Positions 61,285 to 64,000 of a stretch of DNA of 64,000 bases are shown here, piece by piece. How positions within the stretch are numbered: position 1 is the first letter of the stretch; the number at the start of each line of letters is the position of its first letter. The DNA is from Calcarisporiella thermophila CBS 279.70 (lineage: Eukaryota; Fungi; Calcarisporiellomycota). The DNA is taken from NCBI RefSeq assembly GCF_041956535.1, contig NW_027192199.1, positions 825,693 through 889,692 of the forward strand, written 5' to 3'. Position numbers and translations under genes: made by a program. The notes below the pieces were generated by a model. The model saw nothing but the letters and a program-made list of their open reading frames with translations, was not told the origin of the DNA and did no database searches.

Positions 61285-61757
61285 AAGCCAAGTTCGAATC
61301 AGAGAAGTTTTATTGAGGAAGAGACCATACCGCTCAGAGGGCCTTGGTGTCCAATGGTGGACGTTGGGTCGTAGAGCCCCGACACCCTTTCGATCCCACT
61401 TCGCTTTCTATACAAGCCCCCATCATGGAAAGAGAGAGAGACATGTTTTCTTATTGTAAAGTCAAAACAACAAGGAAGGTGGTGAAAAAAAAATTACAAG
61501 GCAAAGAAGATTTTCGAGAAAGCTAATAAGCCCATGGGGCGAGATTAAATACATACATACTAAACAATAAACTCTTTCGGGAGGGAGAGAGCGAAAAATA
61601 ATATAGAGTTAATATATGGGGGAGTGAATAGAGCGGACGAGCAAAGGAGGGACCCATCCTCATCAAGATATAGAGTATTAACGATGTTGAATAAACTCGG
61701 AAAACATAAAGCTATCCAAAATAAAATAAATATATATATAAATAGTCATGTAGTAGG

Positions 61758-62166
61758 TCAGGTGGAATAGGGGGTGTTATAGACGGTTGCCGGGGGCGAG
61801 TAGTAGTATTCGCCAGGGGGTCGGGGGGGTTGCTGCAGCGGAGGAGCCGGCGCAGATAGGGCAGGCTGCTGCGGCGGCATGGGTAAGGAGTAGGAGAGCG
61901 GCTGCCTCGAATACTGGTGCGAGAATTCAGGTTGCGGGGGAGGGCGGTAGGCGTGGGGGGCGGCGGAGGGGTCTGCCAAGGCGGGCGCGTATACGGCCTG
62001 GGGGGAGGGGAAGTCGGCCGCGGTGGCTGCGAGGTCGGCGGCCGGCGGCTGGTATTGGACGGGGAGGGCAGGGGAGTAGCGGACGCCCGTGCCGGGGGGG
62101 AAGGTGGCCACGGTGGGGGAGTAGGAGGCGCGGCGCGGCACGATCGAGACAGCATCCGCCTGCGGA

Positions 62167-62199
<33 letters not shown>

Positions 62200-63029
62200 A
62201 CGTAGTATGGGTCTCGGCCAGGGGCGGGCACGAAGGAGGGGCTGACGCCCGAGGTTGCGGGGGCGAGGTCGCCCTGGACGAACGACGAGGCGGCGGGGAA
62301 ATGGCACCATAAGTCTGGGGCCTGCGGGGGCAGAGGCTCGTGGCCATGCTGGGGCTCGCGGTCGTAAGGGGGCGCGTAGCGGGCGTGGGGCGGCGGCGGC
62401 GGGGGGTGGTGGTCGTGGTAGGTCGGGCTCGGGTAGGCGTCGGAGGGGGGCACCCGGAAGTTTTGCTTCTGGGTGAGCTCGGGCGAGATGTCAAGGGCGG
62501 CCAGCTCGGGCACCGACGATGGGGTCCGGAGGCGCCCGGAGATGACGTCCTCCACGGCGTAGTAGCTGACGAGATGCTGGTTGACGCCGCCCACCACTAC
62601 CGACATCGTCTTCTTGATCAGGCCATTCTTTTTGAATCGGAATGCATTCGTCAGGCTGCCGATCAGGGCCCTCTCGCGCTCCCGCTCGGCGCGCACGGGC
62701 TCTGGGTAGGAGCCGGTCGAGGCACGCCGCTCCGAGTCGGAGAACGAGTCTTTCTTGTTGCCGGGGCCCCTCTTGTCGAGCTCGCGGTAGATCAGGAAGT
62801 TGCCCAGGATCCGGGATGGGCTCCACACGCGGCCATCGGTCCATCGCTTGATTCCCGACTCTCGCTCGTCGAAAACAAAGACGGTGCCCGAGCGGATCAG
62901 GCTGCGCTCCTTTTCCTGGAGACGCCGGGTCACACGCGGGAGGAGATTGCGCTGGCATGCCTCGAAGATCAGAAGCATGTCCTGGGTGGTTTCGATGAAG
63001 CCGAAGAATGTTTCTGTGACGGCGCTCAT
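61758..63029 (-). CDS. Gti1/Pac2 (WOPR) family transcription factor, paralogue 2
   Basis: MSAVTETFFGFIETTQDMLLIFEAC, GIKRWTDGRVWSPSRILGNFLIYREL, GLIKKTMS, HLVSYY; Pro-rich tail with polyQ. Confidence 0.93.
62169..62198 (-). repeat. (CAG)10 microsatellite encoding polyQ in WOPR paralogue 2
   Basis: Uninterrupted ctg run on the + strand; Q10 in the translation. Confidence 0.9.
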
Positions 63030-64000
63030 GGTGGGCTCGTCGCTGGCTGGGGATGGGGCTTGAGTTGCAGGCGGGGGTGGGGGCGGGGGCGGCAACAATC
63101 AATCTATAGGCAGAAGAGGATGAGAGCTGATTAGAGCGCTGCAATGCCAGACGAGAGAGAGCTGGGATGGGGAGGGGCTGGAGGCTCCCTAGGGAGGAAT
63201 CCGCCCGACAGGTTTTTCTCCTCCTCCAACCTGCTCGCGGTGCTTGGCTTCCCTCTCCCCTCCTTCTCTCCCTCCCGAGCGAGCCCAGCACGGCGGGCCA
63301 AACTCACCTTCAGACCGGGAGGATGGCGGCCGCAGCAATCCGCAGTGAGAGCGCGCTGATGATGGCGGGGGGGAAGCTTGCTGAGAAACCTTGTCTGGCT
63401 CCAGGAGCTTAAAGCCAAGAGCGGGAGCAGAGGCGCGAGAGGGGGAAAATAAAAATAAAGGCGATTTCAAGCTGAGCGCCAAAATTTATACACTATGCAA
63501 CACATGTACAAAGGGTTTGCCCGCCTCACGGCTCCCCTCGCCCTTCCTCGGGATAGCGCAACCATGGGAAAGATTCGCACAGAGCAAATCGATCACATCG
63601 TTACACGCCAGTCACGGATTTTTTTTTTTTTTTGCTTTTGTACCTGGTAATCCCACCTCTCCGTGTCGGCGTGGGACAACTCGCACCGGCCCTGCCTCCA
63701 TTGGGGTGTGCCGGCCCATCCGCAGCCCGGCTCCGAGCCCCCCACACCTCCCCAGCCGCAGGCCCATTGGCCCAGCCCTGGGCCAACGACCCGTGGGCCG
63801 CTTCGAAAGAACGGTTCGCAGAACAAATCTCGCCTGCTTCACGAGCAGTCACGGCCGATGCAGTCACGCCTCATCGTCCGGCCAACCGCGCGCGGCGGGG
63901 ATTGGAAGGCGGAGAGTTAAGTTTCTGTCAAAGAGGAAAGCTTATCCCGCCCGCTGTATACTTATATACCCGCCTCAGGGGCCGCTGCTCGGCATGGACA

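Overview
Intron-containing fungal genomic DNA. The gene set (CSL/LAG1 factor, two Gti1/Pac2 WOPR factors, Bud6/AIP3, DUF2433 phosphoesterase, short GT-AG introns) suggests a non-Pezizomycotina, probably early-diverging fungus; this is inference. Left part: a decayed NmrA-like pseudogene, a tandem array of four intronless ~62-aa SH3/Tudor-like microproteins with a CSL-type motif (YGTGRGAA) about 150 bp upstream of each start, housekeeping genes (DUF2433-RRM, UAP1, bHLH, LYR, Bud6, LARP7-like), a secreted Kex2-processed Asn-rich repeat precursor, a CSL transcription factor, secreted hydrolases, a Frizzled-CRD-like small secreted protein, tRNA-Thr(AGT) and an odd CCA-ending tRNA-like element. Right part: an MFS exporter, a bacterial-looking SMI1/KNR4 gene, and a ~18 kb block bracketed by two convergent GC-rich WOPR paralogues. 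That block holds a mitochondrial carrier, an MCT-type MFS transporter, an O-methyltransferase divergent from an intronless A-T-TE NRPS-like enzyme (quinone-synthetase signature) and three GFA/CENP-V zinc proteins, and is a candidate new aryl-quinone biosynthetic gene cluster. All assignments come from motif recognition by eye; no database searches were run.
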